Source: an uncultured Lachnospiraceae bacterium (GTDB taxonomy: Bacteria > Bacillota > Clostridia > Christensenellales > UBA1242). Taken from it: 64,000 nt of DNA. This document shows, piece after piece, positions 52,316 to 61,471 of this stretch. Below the pieces are notes generated by a model. The model was not told the DNA's origin. It ran no database searches and was given only the letters and a program-made list of their open reading frames with translations. The stretch is taken from positions 8,952 through 72,951 of the forward strand of contig CAZQMZ010000004.1 of NCBI GenBank assembly GCA_964594865.1, read 5' to 3'. Within the stretch, counting starts at the first letter, position 1. Every line of letters starts with the position of its first letter. The position numbers and the translations under genes are program-made.

Positions 52316-54448
52316 CTATTTCCTACACTTTCCGCAACCGTCGCAATGAGCACAAATTTTTTTGTTCTTAATTTTTTTGAAAATAAAGAAAATTGCAAGA
52401 AAAATTGCAAGTACTGACAAGATGACACACAAAACTTTGGCAAATCCAAAAATTTCAAAAGCAAAGGCAATGTTGTAGATCACAAATGCCACAAAATACG
52501 CCGTCACGAGTTGAAGACAAACCGAAATAAATGTCCATTTTTTTCCAACTTCTTGCATCAGCATTGAAATGGAAGCAATGCAAGGAGTGTATAACAAACA
52601 GAACACCAAAAAAGAAATTACGCTTGCTTTTGAAGAAAAATAGACCACACTCGTCGAGAGCAACAGAGACTGTGCAATAAGTTTTGTTGCTCCCGCTTCA
52701 ATTCCATTGAACATTGCAATCGACGACACCACCACTTCTTTTGCCACGAGCCCCGCCAAAAGTGAAGAAACAATCGCCCAACTTCCAAAACCAATTGGTG
52801 AGAAAATTGGTGCAAGCAATTGACCAATGCTCTCCAGCATACTCACGCCGTCGCCACTTGCAATATATTCAAATTTGAAACTAAAGGAAGACAAAATCCA
52901 GACGATGATGTTCATTGCCACCATAATCGAGCCAACACGAATTAAAAATTCCTTGACATTCTTCCACAAAATTTTGCCAACACGTCGCAAAGATGTCATG
53001 CGATAAGGCGGAAATTCCAAAATGAATGTTTGTTTTTGACTTTTAAGCACCGTGACATCCAAAATTCTTGAGATTGAAATTGCCACAACAACCCCAAGAA
53101 AATATAACCCCATAATCACAAAAATGTTGCTTGCACCGAAAAATGCACCGCCAATGACTGTGTAAATTGGAATTTTTGCCGAACAACTCATGTATGGACA
53201 AAGAATGGCGGTCTTGATTTTTGCGTTTTTGTCATCCATATTGCGTGAAGTCATGATTGCCGTTGTGGAACAACCAAAGCTCATCAAGAGAGTGTAGACA
53301 CTTTTTCCCGAAAGTCCAATTCTTCCCAAAATATCCTCAAAGATGAAAGCAATGCGCGACATATATCCACTGTCTTCCAAAACAGATAAAAAGAAGAACA
53401 AAAGCACCACTTGTGGCAAAAATGAAAGCACAGTTCCAACGCCACCAAAAATGGCTACATTAAACAGGTCATAGATTGCCGATTGACCAAAGGTGTTTTC
53501 AATAAGTTGAAGAACAGGTGCTGTCAAAACATCCAAAAACCCACCAAGACAGTCCGACAAAAACTTTCCGAGCGAAAAGAAAGTCAGATAAAATATTCCA
53601 GAAAGAACAAGCAAAAACATTGGAAAAGCCAACCACTTGTTCAAGAAAATTTTGTCAAGTTTACTTCTTCCATAGACTGCCTTTGTCCTGGCAGCACATT
53701 TGCGCATGATTTCATCAATGTGGTCATATCTAAGTTTACTCAAAATCTCCACACTGTTTTCTGGCACAGCAGAAAAAATCTTTTCGCAATCTTCCACACC
53801 TATGGACTTAAAAAATTTTTCATCTTTTTCATAAGCTTTGACGGTGAGAAATTCTTTTGAAAACGCTTTCAAATTCTTATCTTGAAAATTCTCCAAACAA
53901 TGAAGATTTTTCAAATATGGCAAACGAACATCATGATGACTTTCTTTCAAACACTCTTTCAGCTTGTCCAACCCAAGTTTTTTCTCGGCATTGATTGCCA
54001 CCACCTGCACACCGAGTTCTTGCCCAAGTTTTGCATAGTCAATTTTGAAAATTGGTCGTTTGTCAATCTCGTTGACAGCAAGCACAACATCACAACCTTT
54101 TTCCAAAAGACAGAGCGTCAAGTATAGATTTCTTTGCAAGTTGTTTTGATCGCATATGTTGATGATTTTTTCATTATCATTTTCAAAAATGGTCTTAACC
54201 GAAACTTCTTCTTCAAAAGAAAGCGGACAAAGAGAATAAATTCCCGGTGTATCCAACAAATCATATTTCTCGCCATTCGCATCAAATGTTTTTTCTTTAT
54301 TTTCAACCGTCACGCCATGCCAATTCCCCACATGTTCATTGGAACGAGTCAAACTGTTGAACAAAGTTGTTTTTCCAGAGTTTGGGTTGCCAACCAAAAG
54401 AATTTTCTTTACCCCAAATGTCACTTCATTTTGCAGTTTTTTGTTCAC
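52316..54448 (-). CDS. feoB: Ferrous iron transporter FeoB with a fused C-terminal Cys-rich tail
   Basis: N-terminal G-domain GNPNSGKTTLFN and a polytopic permease. Ends KICAHCDGCGKCRK after an extra TM helix. Confidence 0.92.
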   Translation of the reverse strand: MNKKLQNEVTFGVKKILLVGNPNSGKTTLFNSLTRSNEHVGNWHGVTVENKEKTFDANGEKYDLLDTPGIYSLCPLSFEEEVSVKTIFENDNEKIINICDQNNLQRNLYLTLCLLEKGCDVVLAVNEIDKRPIFKIDYAKLGQELGVQVVAINAEKKLGLDKLKECLKESHHDVRLPYLKNLHCLENFQDKNLKAFSKEFLTVKAYEKDEKFFKSIGVEDCEKIFSAVPENSVEILSKLRYDHIDEIMRKCAARTKAVYGRSKLDKIFLNKWLAFPMFLLVLSGIFYLTFFSLGKFLSDCLGGFLDVLTAPVLQLIENTFGQSAIYDLFNVAIFGGVGTVLSFLPQVVLLFFFLSVLEDSGYMSRIAFIFEDILGRIGLSGKSVYTLLMSFGCSTTAIMTSRNMDDKNAKIKTAILCPYMSCSAKIPIYTVIGGAFFGASNIFVIMGLYFLGVVVAISISRILDVTVLKSQKQTFILEFPPYRMTSLRRVGKILWKNVKEFLIRVGSIMVAMNIIVWILSSFSFKFEYIASGDGVSMLESIGQLLAPIFSPIGFGSWAIVSSLLAGLVAKEVVVSSIAMFNGIEAGATKLIAQSLLLSTSVVYFSSKASVISFLVFCLLYTPCIASISMLMQEVGKKWTFISVCLQLVTAYFVAFVIYNIAFAFEIFGFAKVLCVILSVLAIFLAIFFIFKKIKNKKICAHCDGCGKCRK

Positions 54449-54666
54449 TCCACCCTCACTTTTGACAACAAATTTGAGCGGACACTCAACAAATATCCAC
54501 GAATTTCGAGCAAGAAGACCTTTTTTTGAAGAGAAGTTGAAACAATTTTCACACTTTCTCCAATTGAAAATCCAAGTTCCAGAAATCGACGATAGACGTC
54601 GTCAATCTTTCCATCAAACCCAACAATCTTGTATGTTTTGTTCTTTTCTCCAAAATTCAAAGTCAT
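54445..54666 (-). CDS. feoA: FeoA (SH3-like ferrous iron transport protein A)
   Basis: 73 aa, reading YKIVGFDG...RRFLELGFSIGESVKIV. 4-nt overlap with feoB. Confidence 0.85.
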   Translation of the reverse strand: MTLNFGEKNKTYKIVGFDGKIDDVYRRFLELGFSIGESVKIVSTSLQKKVFLLEIRGYLLSVRSNLLSKVRVE

Positions 54667-54713
54667 ATCACAATATCTTTACGCAACTCAACTTTCTGAT
54701 ATGCGAAAAAATA

Positions 54714-54767
54714 AATGTAAAAATTGTGTAAAAATGCTTGTGAAAGCACTATATATTGTGTTATAAT
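54714..54767 (+). promoter_or_regulatory. Tandem NrdR boxes overlapping the nrdR promoter
   Basis: Box 2 is GCACTATATATTGTGT (54746-61), 15/16 to my recalled consensus acaCwAtATaTwGtgt. It abuts the extended -10 TGtTATAAT (54759-67). Box 1 is AATGTAAAAATTGTGT (54714-29), with a perfect right half and a degenerate left half. Centres are 32 bp apart. Confidence 0.65.
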
Positions 54768-54787
54768 TCCAACAAGGAGAAAAACAA

Positions 54788-55231
54788 ATGAAATGTATCT
54801 ATTGCGGAAGCGAAGAGAGCAAAGTCCTTGACTCTCGAAGCACAGATGAAACAAATTCTATTCGAAGAAGAAGAGAATGTCTTGGCTGTGGAAAACGTTT
54901 CACAACATATGAAACAATTGAAACTGTGCCTATTTTGGTTGTCAAAAAGGATGGCAGTCGCGAGCCGTTCAGTTTGGATAAAATCAAAAACGGAATGATA
55001 AAGGCATGCGAAAAACGCCCTGTTTCTGCCGCGCAAATTGAACAAATGGCAGAAGATATTGAAAAGCAAATTCAAAACTCACTCAGGCAAGAAGTGCCAT
55101 CACAAGAAATTGGAGAGATGATCATGTCAAAACTCAAAGCAACAGATGAAATTGCCTATGTTCGCTTTGCGTCAGTATATCGCCAATTTAAAGATGTGAC
55201 AAACTTCATCAAACTCATCACAGAGATGTGA
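54788..55231 (+). CDS. nrdR: Transcriptional repressor NrdR
   Basis: [42 protein letters not shown] (zinc ribbon) followed by an ATP-cone. Confidence 0.95.
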   Translation: MKCIYCGSEESKVLDSRSTDETNSIRRRRECLGCGKRFTTYETIETVPILVVKKDGSREPFSLDKIKNGMIKACEKRPVSAAQIEQMAEDIEKQIQNSLRQEVPSQEIGEMIMSKLKATDEIAYVRFASVYRQFKDVTNFIKLITEM

Positions 55232-55240
55232 AAATCAAAA

Positions 55241-55270
55241 ACAACCGTTCAAAAGACGGCTGTTTTTTTA
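55241..55270. terminator. Bidirectional terminator between nrdR and ylmC
   Basis: Stem ACAACCGT/ACGGCTGT (one mismatch), T7 on plus and T5 on minus. Confidence 0.65.
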
Positions 55271-55272
55271 TA

Positions 55273-55569
55273 TCATTTTTTCTTGTTTCTTGTGCTGGCT
55301 GTGGTGATGTATGGCGGATTGGGATTTTGATTTGCCACAAGTTCCACAAGCACCGCATCTTCACCAATTTTGACAATTTGCGAAAGCGAAATAAAAAGTT
55401 CGGTGCCACTTTTAAAAACATTCCAAAAACTTTTCTCACCAGGCACAACCACTCCCAAAAGACAACCATTTTCCAAATTGAACAACACATCCACAATGTG
55501 ACCAAGTCTGCGTCCATCAACCACATTGACAACTTCTTTGCACCTAAGTTCCAAAAATGATGTATCCAT
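55273..55569 (-). CDS. ylmC: YlmC/YmxH-family sporulation protein (PRC-barrel)
   Basis: LRCKEVVNVVDGRRLGHIVDVLFNLENG; located downstream of sigG as in Bacilli and Clostridia. Confidence 0.85.
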   Translation of the reverse strand: MDTSFLELRCKEVVNVVDGRRLGHIVDVLFNLENGCLLGVVVPGEKSFWNVFKSGTELFISLSQIVKIGEDAVLVELVANQNPNPPYITTASTRNKKK

Positions 55570-55618
55570 GCTCTAAAATATGTCGCATTTTGTCAAATAA
55601 TGCAAAAAAATTTTTCTT

Positions 55619-56392
55619 TTATTCAATAAAGTTTTTGATTGTCTTTAAGGCATTCTTTTCAAGTCTTGAAACTTGCGCTTGAGAAATTCCGACCTCTTCC
55701 GAAACTTCCATTTGAGTTTTTCCAACATAATATCTCATAAGCAAAATCTCTTTTTCTCTTTCAGACAGATTTTTTATGGCATCCGTCAGTGAAAGTTTTT
55801 CCAAAATCTCTTCATCACAATTTTTTTCGTCGGCAATTTGGTCCATCACACGTATTGTTTCATTGCCATCGTTATAAATCGGTTCGCTCAACGAAATTGT
55901 CTCGCTGATGGCATCAAGAGCAAAAACAACATCTTTAAGCGGAAGGTCGACCATTTTTGCAATCTGTTGCATGGTAGGTTCGGTGTTGTTCTGTTTAATG
56001 AACATTTCTTTCGCTTGCAAAACCTTGTAGGCAGTGTCACGAATGGAACGACTCACACGAACAGAATTGTTGTCACGTAAATAGCGACGTATTTCTCCAA
56101 CAATCATCGGCACAGCATATGTTGAAAAACGAACATTGAGCGTTTCATCAAAATTGTCAATCGCTTTCAGCAACCCCACGCACCCCACTTGAAACATATC
56201 ATCCGCTTTGTCATTGTGCCCGCCAAAACGCTGAACGACAGAAAGCACCAATCTCAAATTTGCCACGACAAACTTGTCGCGCGCAAACTCATCGCCCGCT
56301 TTGACTTGTTTTAAAAGTTGCATAATCTCTTCATTTTTAAGCTTTGGCAAATTTGCCGTGTTAACTCCGGAAATCACCACGCGATTGGACAT
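55619..56392 (-). CDS. sigG: Sporulation sigma factor SigG
   Basis: The sigma-70 region 2-4 pattern, the N-terminus (VVISGVNTANLPKLKNEE..), its position after sigE, and a forespore-type promoter upstream. Confidence 0.88.
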   Translation of the reverse strand: MSNRVVISGVNTANLPKLKNEEIMQLLKQVKAGDEFARDKFVVANLRLVLSVVQRFGGHNDKADDMFQVGCVGLLKAIDNFDETLNVRFSTYAVPMIVGEIRRYLRDNNSVRVSRSIRDTAYKVLQAKEMFIKQNNTEPTMQQIAKMVDLPLKDVVFALDAISETISLSEPIYNDGNETIRVMDQIADEKNCDEEILEKLSLTDAIKNLSEREKEILLMRYYVGKTQMEVSEEVGISQAQVSRLEKNALKTIKNFIE

Positions 56393-56418
56393 AGCACACC
56401 TCTTGATTTTTGATAGAG

Positions 56419-56450
56419 ATATGTTGCCCTTTACATTTCAAAACTATGCA
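56419..56450 (-). promoter_or_regulatory. Forespore-type (sigma-F/sigma-G) promoter of sigG
   Basis: The minus strand reads GCATA-N15-GGGCAACATAT, about 20 nt upstream of the SD and ATG. It resembles sigF (GyATA..GGnnAnAnT) and sigG (GnATr..CAnnnTA) consensus elements. Confidence 0.45.
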
Positions 56451-56536
56451 AATTTAAAAAGAATTGATAAAAAAACAAAAAAAATACGAAAAATCGATAT
56501 TTTTTTATCTTTTTTTCGCATTTTTTATTTATCATC

Positions 56537-57265
56537 TTAAACTTCCGTTGTTTTTTCAATCTTTTTACGCAATTTGACGAGAATCTTTTTTTCAATTCGT
56601 GAGATATAACTCTGACTTATACCCATCATGTCTGCAACTTCTTTTTGTGTTTTTTCTTCGTTGCCGGCAAGCCCAAAGCGAAGATACATAATCATCTGCT
56701 CACGACTGTCAAGTTTGGAAACAACTTCCATGAGCAATTGTTTTTCCGCCGTTGTTTCAATGTTCTTTGAAACACTCTCTTCATCAACAGAAATTATGTC
56801 GGCAAGCAAAAGTTCGTTACCTTCGCAATCGGACGAAAGCGGTTCGTCTAATGAAATTTCATTTTTTATGCGTGTGTTTTTGCGAAGTTGCATCAAAATT
56901 TCATTTTCAATACATCTGCTGGCATAGGTCGCAAGTTTAATGTTTTTGTCAAGACTGTATGTCTTCACAGCCTTTATCAGTCCAATTGCACCAATTGAAA
57001 TCAAATCCTCAAGTTCAATTCCAGAAGTTTCAAATTTCTTTGCAATATAGACCACCAATCGCAAGTTGTGTTCGATGAGTTTATCTCTCGCCATTGAATT
57101 TCCGTTTTGCACTTCTTCCAAAAGCACCAACTCTTCTTCCATAGGAAGTGGTTGTGGCAGGACTTTGTTTCCACATATAAAACAAACAATATCTTTTGCG
57201 CGCTCTGCATCTTCTCGGTTAAAAAATTTCCAAAGGAGCAGTTTGATTTCAACGATAAGACTCAT
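56537..57265 (-). CDS. sigE: Sporulation sigma factor SigE (pro-sigma-E)
   Basis: Pro-sequence then LPQPLPMEEELVLLEEVQNGNSMARDKLIEHNLRLVVYIAKKF. Directly follows spoIIGA. Start moved to the ATG at 57265 behind GGAGGAAA; the track start is a GTG inside the SD. Confidence 0.9.
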   Translation of the reverse strand: MSLIVEIKLLLWKFFNREDAERAKDIVCFICGNKVLPQPLPMEEELVLLEEVQNGNSMARDKLIEHNLRLVVYIAKKFETSGIELEDLISIGAIGLIKAVKTYSLDKNIKLATYASRCIENEILMQLRKNTRIKNEISLDEPLSSDCEGNELLLADIISVDEESVSKNIETTAEKQLLMEVVSKLDSREQMIMYLRFGLAGNEEKTQKEVADMMGISQSYISRIEKKILVKLRKKIEKTTEV

Positions 57266-57288
57266 AATTTCCTCCACTTCTCAAATTT

Positions 57289-58095
57289 TTAAATTGCAAG
57301 CCCAAAATCATTGTTCAAAATTATGTCGCTTCCAAAAACTTCCTTAAAATTTTGAAAACACAGCCCAAGCGTTGCTTTTTGCATTGTATACTGTCCAACT
57401 GACAGACTGTCCACTTGAAAAACCAAAATTTTGCCACCCTTTCCCAAAGTATTGAAAGAAACATAATGTGCCAAATTCAATCTCTTCAACTTGTCACTTT
57501 TCCGCAAGATGTCCTCAATTTCAATCTCTTCAAAAAGCGAAGAAAACACTTTAAAGTTGATGAGTGTCACCGGAGTGTTTGTCAGCGGATCAAAAAGCAT
57601 GTTCCCGCTATCCAAAAATGCTTTCCATTTTGTCTTTCTTCCCTTGCTGACAATCGTCACTTCATAGCAAAATTTTTCAACCGCTCGCTTTTTGTTGTAA
57701 ATTCCAAACAGAAATTTGATGACAACAAAAACGCCGACAACGATTGCCAAAACAACAATCAAAGAAGTTATTCCAAAAAAACTTTCCAAAAAATAACATG
57801 CCCCGCCGTATATGAATGCTGAAATGAAATAAGTAGAAAAAATTATGGCAAACTTCTTGATTTTTTTGAACTTAAAAGATATGCAAATTGAAACAATTGC
57901 CACACCCACTTCCACCAAAAATGTGCCAAAGGAAGAAAGGTATAGTGCAGGAAGAGCAACCGTCAAACATGCACCAAAAAACGCAGAGAGCAAAAGCAAC
58001 TTCCCCTTTTCATGAGTCAACATGGATGTTGTTTTGAGAATGATGAGATTGATTAAAAAATTTTCAATCAAAACATATTCCACAACAATTTTCAT
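57289..58095 (-). CDS. spoIIGA: Sigma-E processing peptidase SpoIIGA
   Basis: Five N-terminal TM helices, a C-terminal aspartic-protease-like FLDSGN motif, and the ftsZ-spoIIGA-sigE-sigG order. Confidence 0.88.
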   Translation of the reverse strand: MKIVVEYVLIENFLINLIILKTTSMLTHEKGKLLLLSAFFGACLTVALPALYLSSFGTFLVEVGVAIVSICISFKFKKIKKFAIIFSTYFISAFIYGGACYFLESFFGITSLIVVLAIVVGVFVVIKFLFGIYNKKRAVEKFCYEVTIVSKGRKTKWKAFLDSGNMLFDPLTNTPVTLINFKVFSSLFEEIEIEDILRKSDKLKRLNLAHYVSFNTLGKGGKILVFQVDSLSVGQYTMQKATLGLCFQNFKEVFGSDIILNNDFGLAI

Positions 58096-58170
58096 ATAAA
58101 TAGTTTATGAAATTTCATACCTGCTTTTAAAAGAAAAATATAAACAAAAACATAATTTCAACAATGTTTT

Positions 58171-58177
58171 TGTCGAA
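58171..58177. promoter_or_regulatory. Spo0A-box heptamer upstream of spoIIGA
   Basis: A perfect TGTCGAA about 76-82 nt upstream of the spoIIGA ATG. spoIIG operons are classically Spo0A~P-activated. Confidence 0.35.
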
Positions 58178-58185
58178 AGTCATAT

Positions 58186-58221
58186 GAAAATAAATAAAAA
58201 AATAAGCACAAACTGTGCTTA
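58186..58221 (-). terminator. Terminator of ftsZ
   Basis: Stem AAGCACA/TGTGCTT overlapping the stop codon, followed by ATTTTTTTATTT on the minus strand. Confidence 0.7.
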
Positions 58222-59373
58222 TTTCTTGTTTTTGTTTCTGATTTTTTCAATCCAAGGTGGAATGGAGTTGATGTTTGGATTGACATCCACACGGCTTGTT
58301 GAGTCATTTTGTTGTAAATTGACTTCACTTTGATGCTGAGGATTATATCCAAAAGGATTGAACCCCTTGATTTTATCTTCTTGCATATCTTCCTGGATTT
58401 CTTCTTCCTCTTGCTCTTCATCGTTGTCTTCTGGGTTTTTGAAACCGGTTGCAATGATTGTGATTTCCACTTCATCTCTCATCTCTGGATCAATTGATGT
58501 TCCAAAAATAAGGTTGCAAGATGGAGAAATGACTTCTTTCACCATGTTTGCCGCCTCTGAAACTTCACGCAAGGTTATGTCACTTCCGCCTTTGATGTTG
58601 AGCACCACACCGGTTGCCCCTTCAATTGTCGTTTCAATAAGTGGAGAAGCCACCGCTTGACGAACCGCTTCCAATGTTTTGTTTTCACCTTTGCCATGTC
58701 CAATGCCCATGTGTGCCATACCACGATTTTTCATAACCGTGACAACATCAGCAAAATCCAAATTTATCATACCTGGGAAAACGATCAAGTCAGCAATGCC
58801 TTGAATGCCTTGTCTGAGAACGTCATCTGCATATCTGAATGCTTCAACAAGAGTGGTTTTTTCTGGCAAAATTGTCAACAATCTTTCATTTGGAATGACA
58901 ACGATTGTATCGACATATTTTTTGAGTTCTTCAATACCTTTTTCAGCTTTTTCCATTCTTTGTTTACTTTCAAAAAGGAATGGCTTTGTGACAATTCCAA
59001 CTGTCAAAATGCCAAGTTCTTTGGCGATTTGTGCAATCACAGGAGCTGCACCTGTGCCTGTTCCACCACCCATACCGGCAGTGATAAACACAAGGTCAGA
59101 GCCTTTCAAGATTTCTGTGAGCGATGCTTTGCTTTCTTCTGCCGCCTTTCTTCCAATTTCAGGAACAGCACCTGCCCCTTGTCCTTTTGTCAAGCGCTCA
59201 CCGATTTGCAGTCTTTTTTCTGCTTTTGAGATCAAAAGCGCCTGTTTGTCTGTGTTGATTGCAACAAACTCGGCAGACTGAACATTTGCGTCAATCATGC
59301 GGTTTACGGCATTGTTTCCGCCACCACCAACACCCAAAACTTTGATTTTTACAACAGAATGATTGTTTTCCAT
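58219..59373 (-). CDS. ftsZ: Cell division protein FtsZ
   Basis: [10 protein letters not shown] and [13 protein letters not shown]. The C-terminal peptide is [14 protein letters not shown]. Confidence 0.97.
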   Translation of the reverse strand: MENNHSVVKIKVLGVGGGGNNAVNRMIDANVQSAEFVAINTDKQALLISKAEKRLQIGERLTKGQGAGAVPEIGRKAAEESKASLTEILKGSDLVFITAGMGGGTGTGAAPVIAQIAKELGILTVGIVTKPFLFESKQRMEKAEKGIEELKKYVDTIVVIPNERLLTILPEKTTLVEAFRYADDVLRQGIQGIADLIVFPGMINLDFADVVTVMKNRGMAHMGIGHGKGENKTLEAVRQAVASPLIETTIEGATGVVLNIKGGSDITLREVSEAANMVKEVISPSCNLIFGTSIDPEMRDEVEITIIATGFKNPEDNDEEQEEEEIQEDMQEDKIKGFNPFGYNPQHQSEVNLQQNDSTSRVDVNPNINSIPPWIEKIRNKNKK

Positions 59374-59460
59374 TTTTTACTCCTTTATTTCATTTTAACC
59401 TAAATCTCTTATTTTTGCAAGAAATTTTTTGCATTTTTGTGCGAAATTACACTATATTCT

Positions 59461-60582
59461 TTATTTTTTCTCCGCAATTGCTGATTTGACAAGTCCAAGA
59501 AGCGCCGAATTTTCCGGTTTGTCCATTGCTGGAATTGGAGGAACACCATAACTTATGTTTCGGCCTATGCATTTGGAGAAATAATCTTTGCCACCCTTGA
59601 TTTTTGCAATTCCACCACCGCAAAGGTAGATTGGATAATATGGCACATATTCCTTTGCAAACAGTCTGATGCACTCGTTTACGGTTTTTGCAATCAAGTC
59701 CAAGCGATAGCACACTGCTTCATTTGCCAGCGACATTGGAATTTTTGTCACCCTACCGCCAATCGTGACTAGGTCATAGAAATCTCCTTCATTCCCTTTC
59801 AAAGAAAGGACGATTGCCTTTTTCAAATTGCGAGCATCATTATATGAAATTTTGCAGGCATCTGAAAGATCGTTTGTTATGTGCGACCCACCCATTGAAA
59901 ACGATGTCAAGTTTGTCAGTCCATTTCCTTTGACAAAAGCCACGCTTGTTGACCTTGCACCGACGTCTATGACAATGCAAGTGCGTTCTCGCTCTTCTTT
60001 CTCTAAAATCAACATTGCTTCGCAGAGCGGCTCACTGAGATATTCCACCTGTTCCATGCCCAACTTTGTCCAAATTCGATTGAAGGTGTTGATGAAAGAT
60101 TTTTGCGCCAAGATGACAGAAAATTCAACCGAAATTTTGTTTGCCTTGTTTCCAATTGGAGCGTTTGTCTTCCTGCTGTCGTCCAGCACAAAATAGATTG
60201 GATCAATTGACAAGATTTCCATGTTGTCTTCATCAATCTTTTTGGAAGCCGAAACTGACAACATATCAATTGTACTTTGACGGATGAGGCGTTTAAATCT
60301 GAAAGCTTCTTCCTCTTTCACCGCAGTCACTTTTGAAAATTCTGCCGGAACACCAACATAAATTTTTTCAAAGTTTTTCTTATAGATCGATTTGATCTGT
60401 GCAAAAAGGCTCTTCACTGCATCTTCCAACAAGTTTGGTTCGATAAATTCGCCTTCAAAAAATCCGGCATATTCCACTTGTGCTTTTGCTTTGATATTGA
60501 AAATGCCGTTGATCCCTTCCTGTGCCGCCACACAAGAGAGTTTTGAAGAACCAATTTCAACAACAATCACATTTCCAGCCAT
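59461..60582 (-). CDS. ftsA: Cell division protein FtsA (short, 373 aa)
   Basis: Actin-like fold motifs (VVEIGSSK, VIDVGARSTS, LCGGGA), directly upstream of ftsZ. SD is AGAGGAG. Confidence 0.85.
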   Translation of the reverse strand: MAGNVIVVEIGSSKLSCVAAQEGINGIFNIKAKAQVEYAGFFEGEFIEPNLLEDAVKSLFAQIKSIYKKNFEKIYVGVPAEFSKVTAVKEEEAFRFKRLIRQSTIDMLSVSASKKIDEDNMEILSIDPIYFVLDDSRKTNAPIGNKANKISVEFSVILAQKSFINTFNRIWTKLGMEQVEYLSEPLCEAMLILEKEERERTCIVIDVGARSTSVAFVKGNGLTNLTSFSMGGSHITNDLSDACKISYNDARNLKKAIVLSLKGNEGDFYDLVTIGGRVTKIPMSLANEAVCYRLDLIAKTVNECIRLFAKEYVPYYPIYLCGGGIAKIKGGKDYFSKCIGRNISYGVPPIPAMDKPENSALLGLVKSAIAEKK

Positions 60583-60719
60583 ATTCTCCTCTTTCGTTGG
60601 AAATATTTTAAATCATTATCAATTAAAAAGTCAACAAATTTCGTCAAAAAATTTATAAAAATGAAATTTTTTAAATAATTATGCAAACCTGTTTCAAAAT
60701 CAAACACACATCAAATCAA

Positions 60720-60748
60720 TTGACTTAAACTTTTCATTGTGATATAAT
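60720..60748 (+). promoter_or_regulatory. Consensus sigma-A promoter placing the TSS at the sufC ATG (leaderless)
   Basis: TTGACT (60720-25), 17 nt, TGaTATAAT (60740-48), 6 nt, ATG (60755). No SD. Confidence 0.65.
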
Positions 60749-60754
60749 TTTCGT

Positions 60755-61471
60755 ATGTTAAAAATAGAAAATTTAAGTTTTGATGTCATCGATAAAGATG
60801 TCGACAAAGATATTTTGAAAGATGTTTCTTTGACTTTTGAGAACGACAAAATTTATGTGATCACCGGACCAAACGGAAGTGGAAAATCCACCTTGGTCAA
60901 GCTTATCATGGGAATTCTTTCCCCGACCAAGGGAAAGATCTCTTTGGACGATGTGGACATCACAAATTTGAGTATAGACCAGCGTGCAAAGATGGGTCTT
61001 TGCTATGCTTTTCAGCAACCTGTCACCTTCAAAGGTTTGAAAGTGAAGGATCTTCTGGATGTCGCCTCTGGAAAGAAAAACGATGTCAACACTCTTTGCA
61101 ACTATCTTTCTGTTGTCGGACTTTGCGCAAAGGACTATATCTTTCGACATTTGGACGACAAACTTTCGGGTGGTGAACTGAAAAGAATTGAACTTGCCAT
61201 GGCATTGGCAAGAAACGGAAAGGTCAATATTTTTGACGAACCAGAAGCTGGCATCGACCTTTGGAGTTTTGACAATTTGACGGACATATTCAAAAATCTT
61301 AATGGAACAAGCATAATTGTCAGCCACCAGACAAAAATTTTGGAAATTGCCGATGTTGTCATTCTTCTGCGCGAAGGAAAGGTGGAAAAAGCGGGAAAAT
61401 ATGCCGACATCAAACCTTACCTTCAAAAGAAAACTTGCGACAAATTGGAGGAAGCGTATGGACAAAATTGA
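60755..61471 (+). CDS. sufC: SufC-like Fe-S cluster assembly ABC ATPase
   Basis: Walker A GPNGSGKST, signature LSGGELKR, Walker B IFDEPEAGID, H-loop. Paired with a SufB/D-family gene. Confidence 0.8.
   Translation: MLKIENLSFDVIDKDVDKDILKDVSLTFENDKIYVITGPNGSGKSTLVKLIMGILSPTKGKISLDDVDITNLSIDQRAKMGLCYAFQQPVTFKGLKVKDLLDVASGKKNDVNTLCNYLSVVGLCAKDYIFRHLDDKLSGGELKRIELAMALARNGKVNIFDEPEAGIDLWSFDNLTDIFKNLNGTSIIVSHQTKILEIADVVILLREGKVEKAGKYADIKPYLQKKTCDKLEEAYGQN

Noticed and set aside
61317-61457. The upstream extension of the SufB/D-like ORF in the track (start at 61317, inside sufC).
   Set aside because: The extension lies entirely within sufC in another frame and has no SD. The ATG at 61458 has GGAGGAAG upstream and gives a sensible N-terminus.
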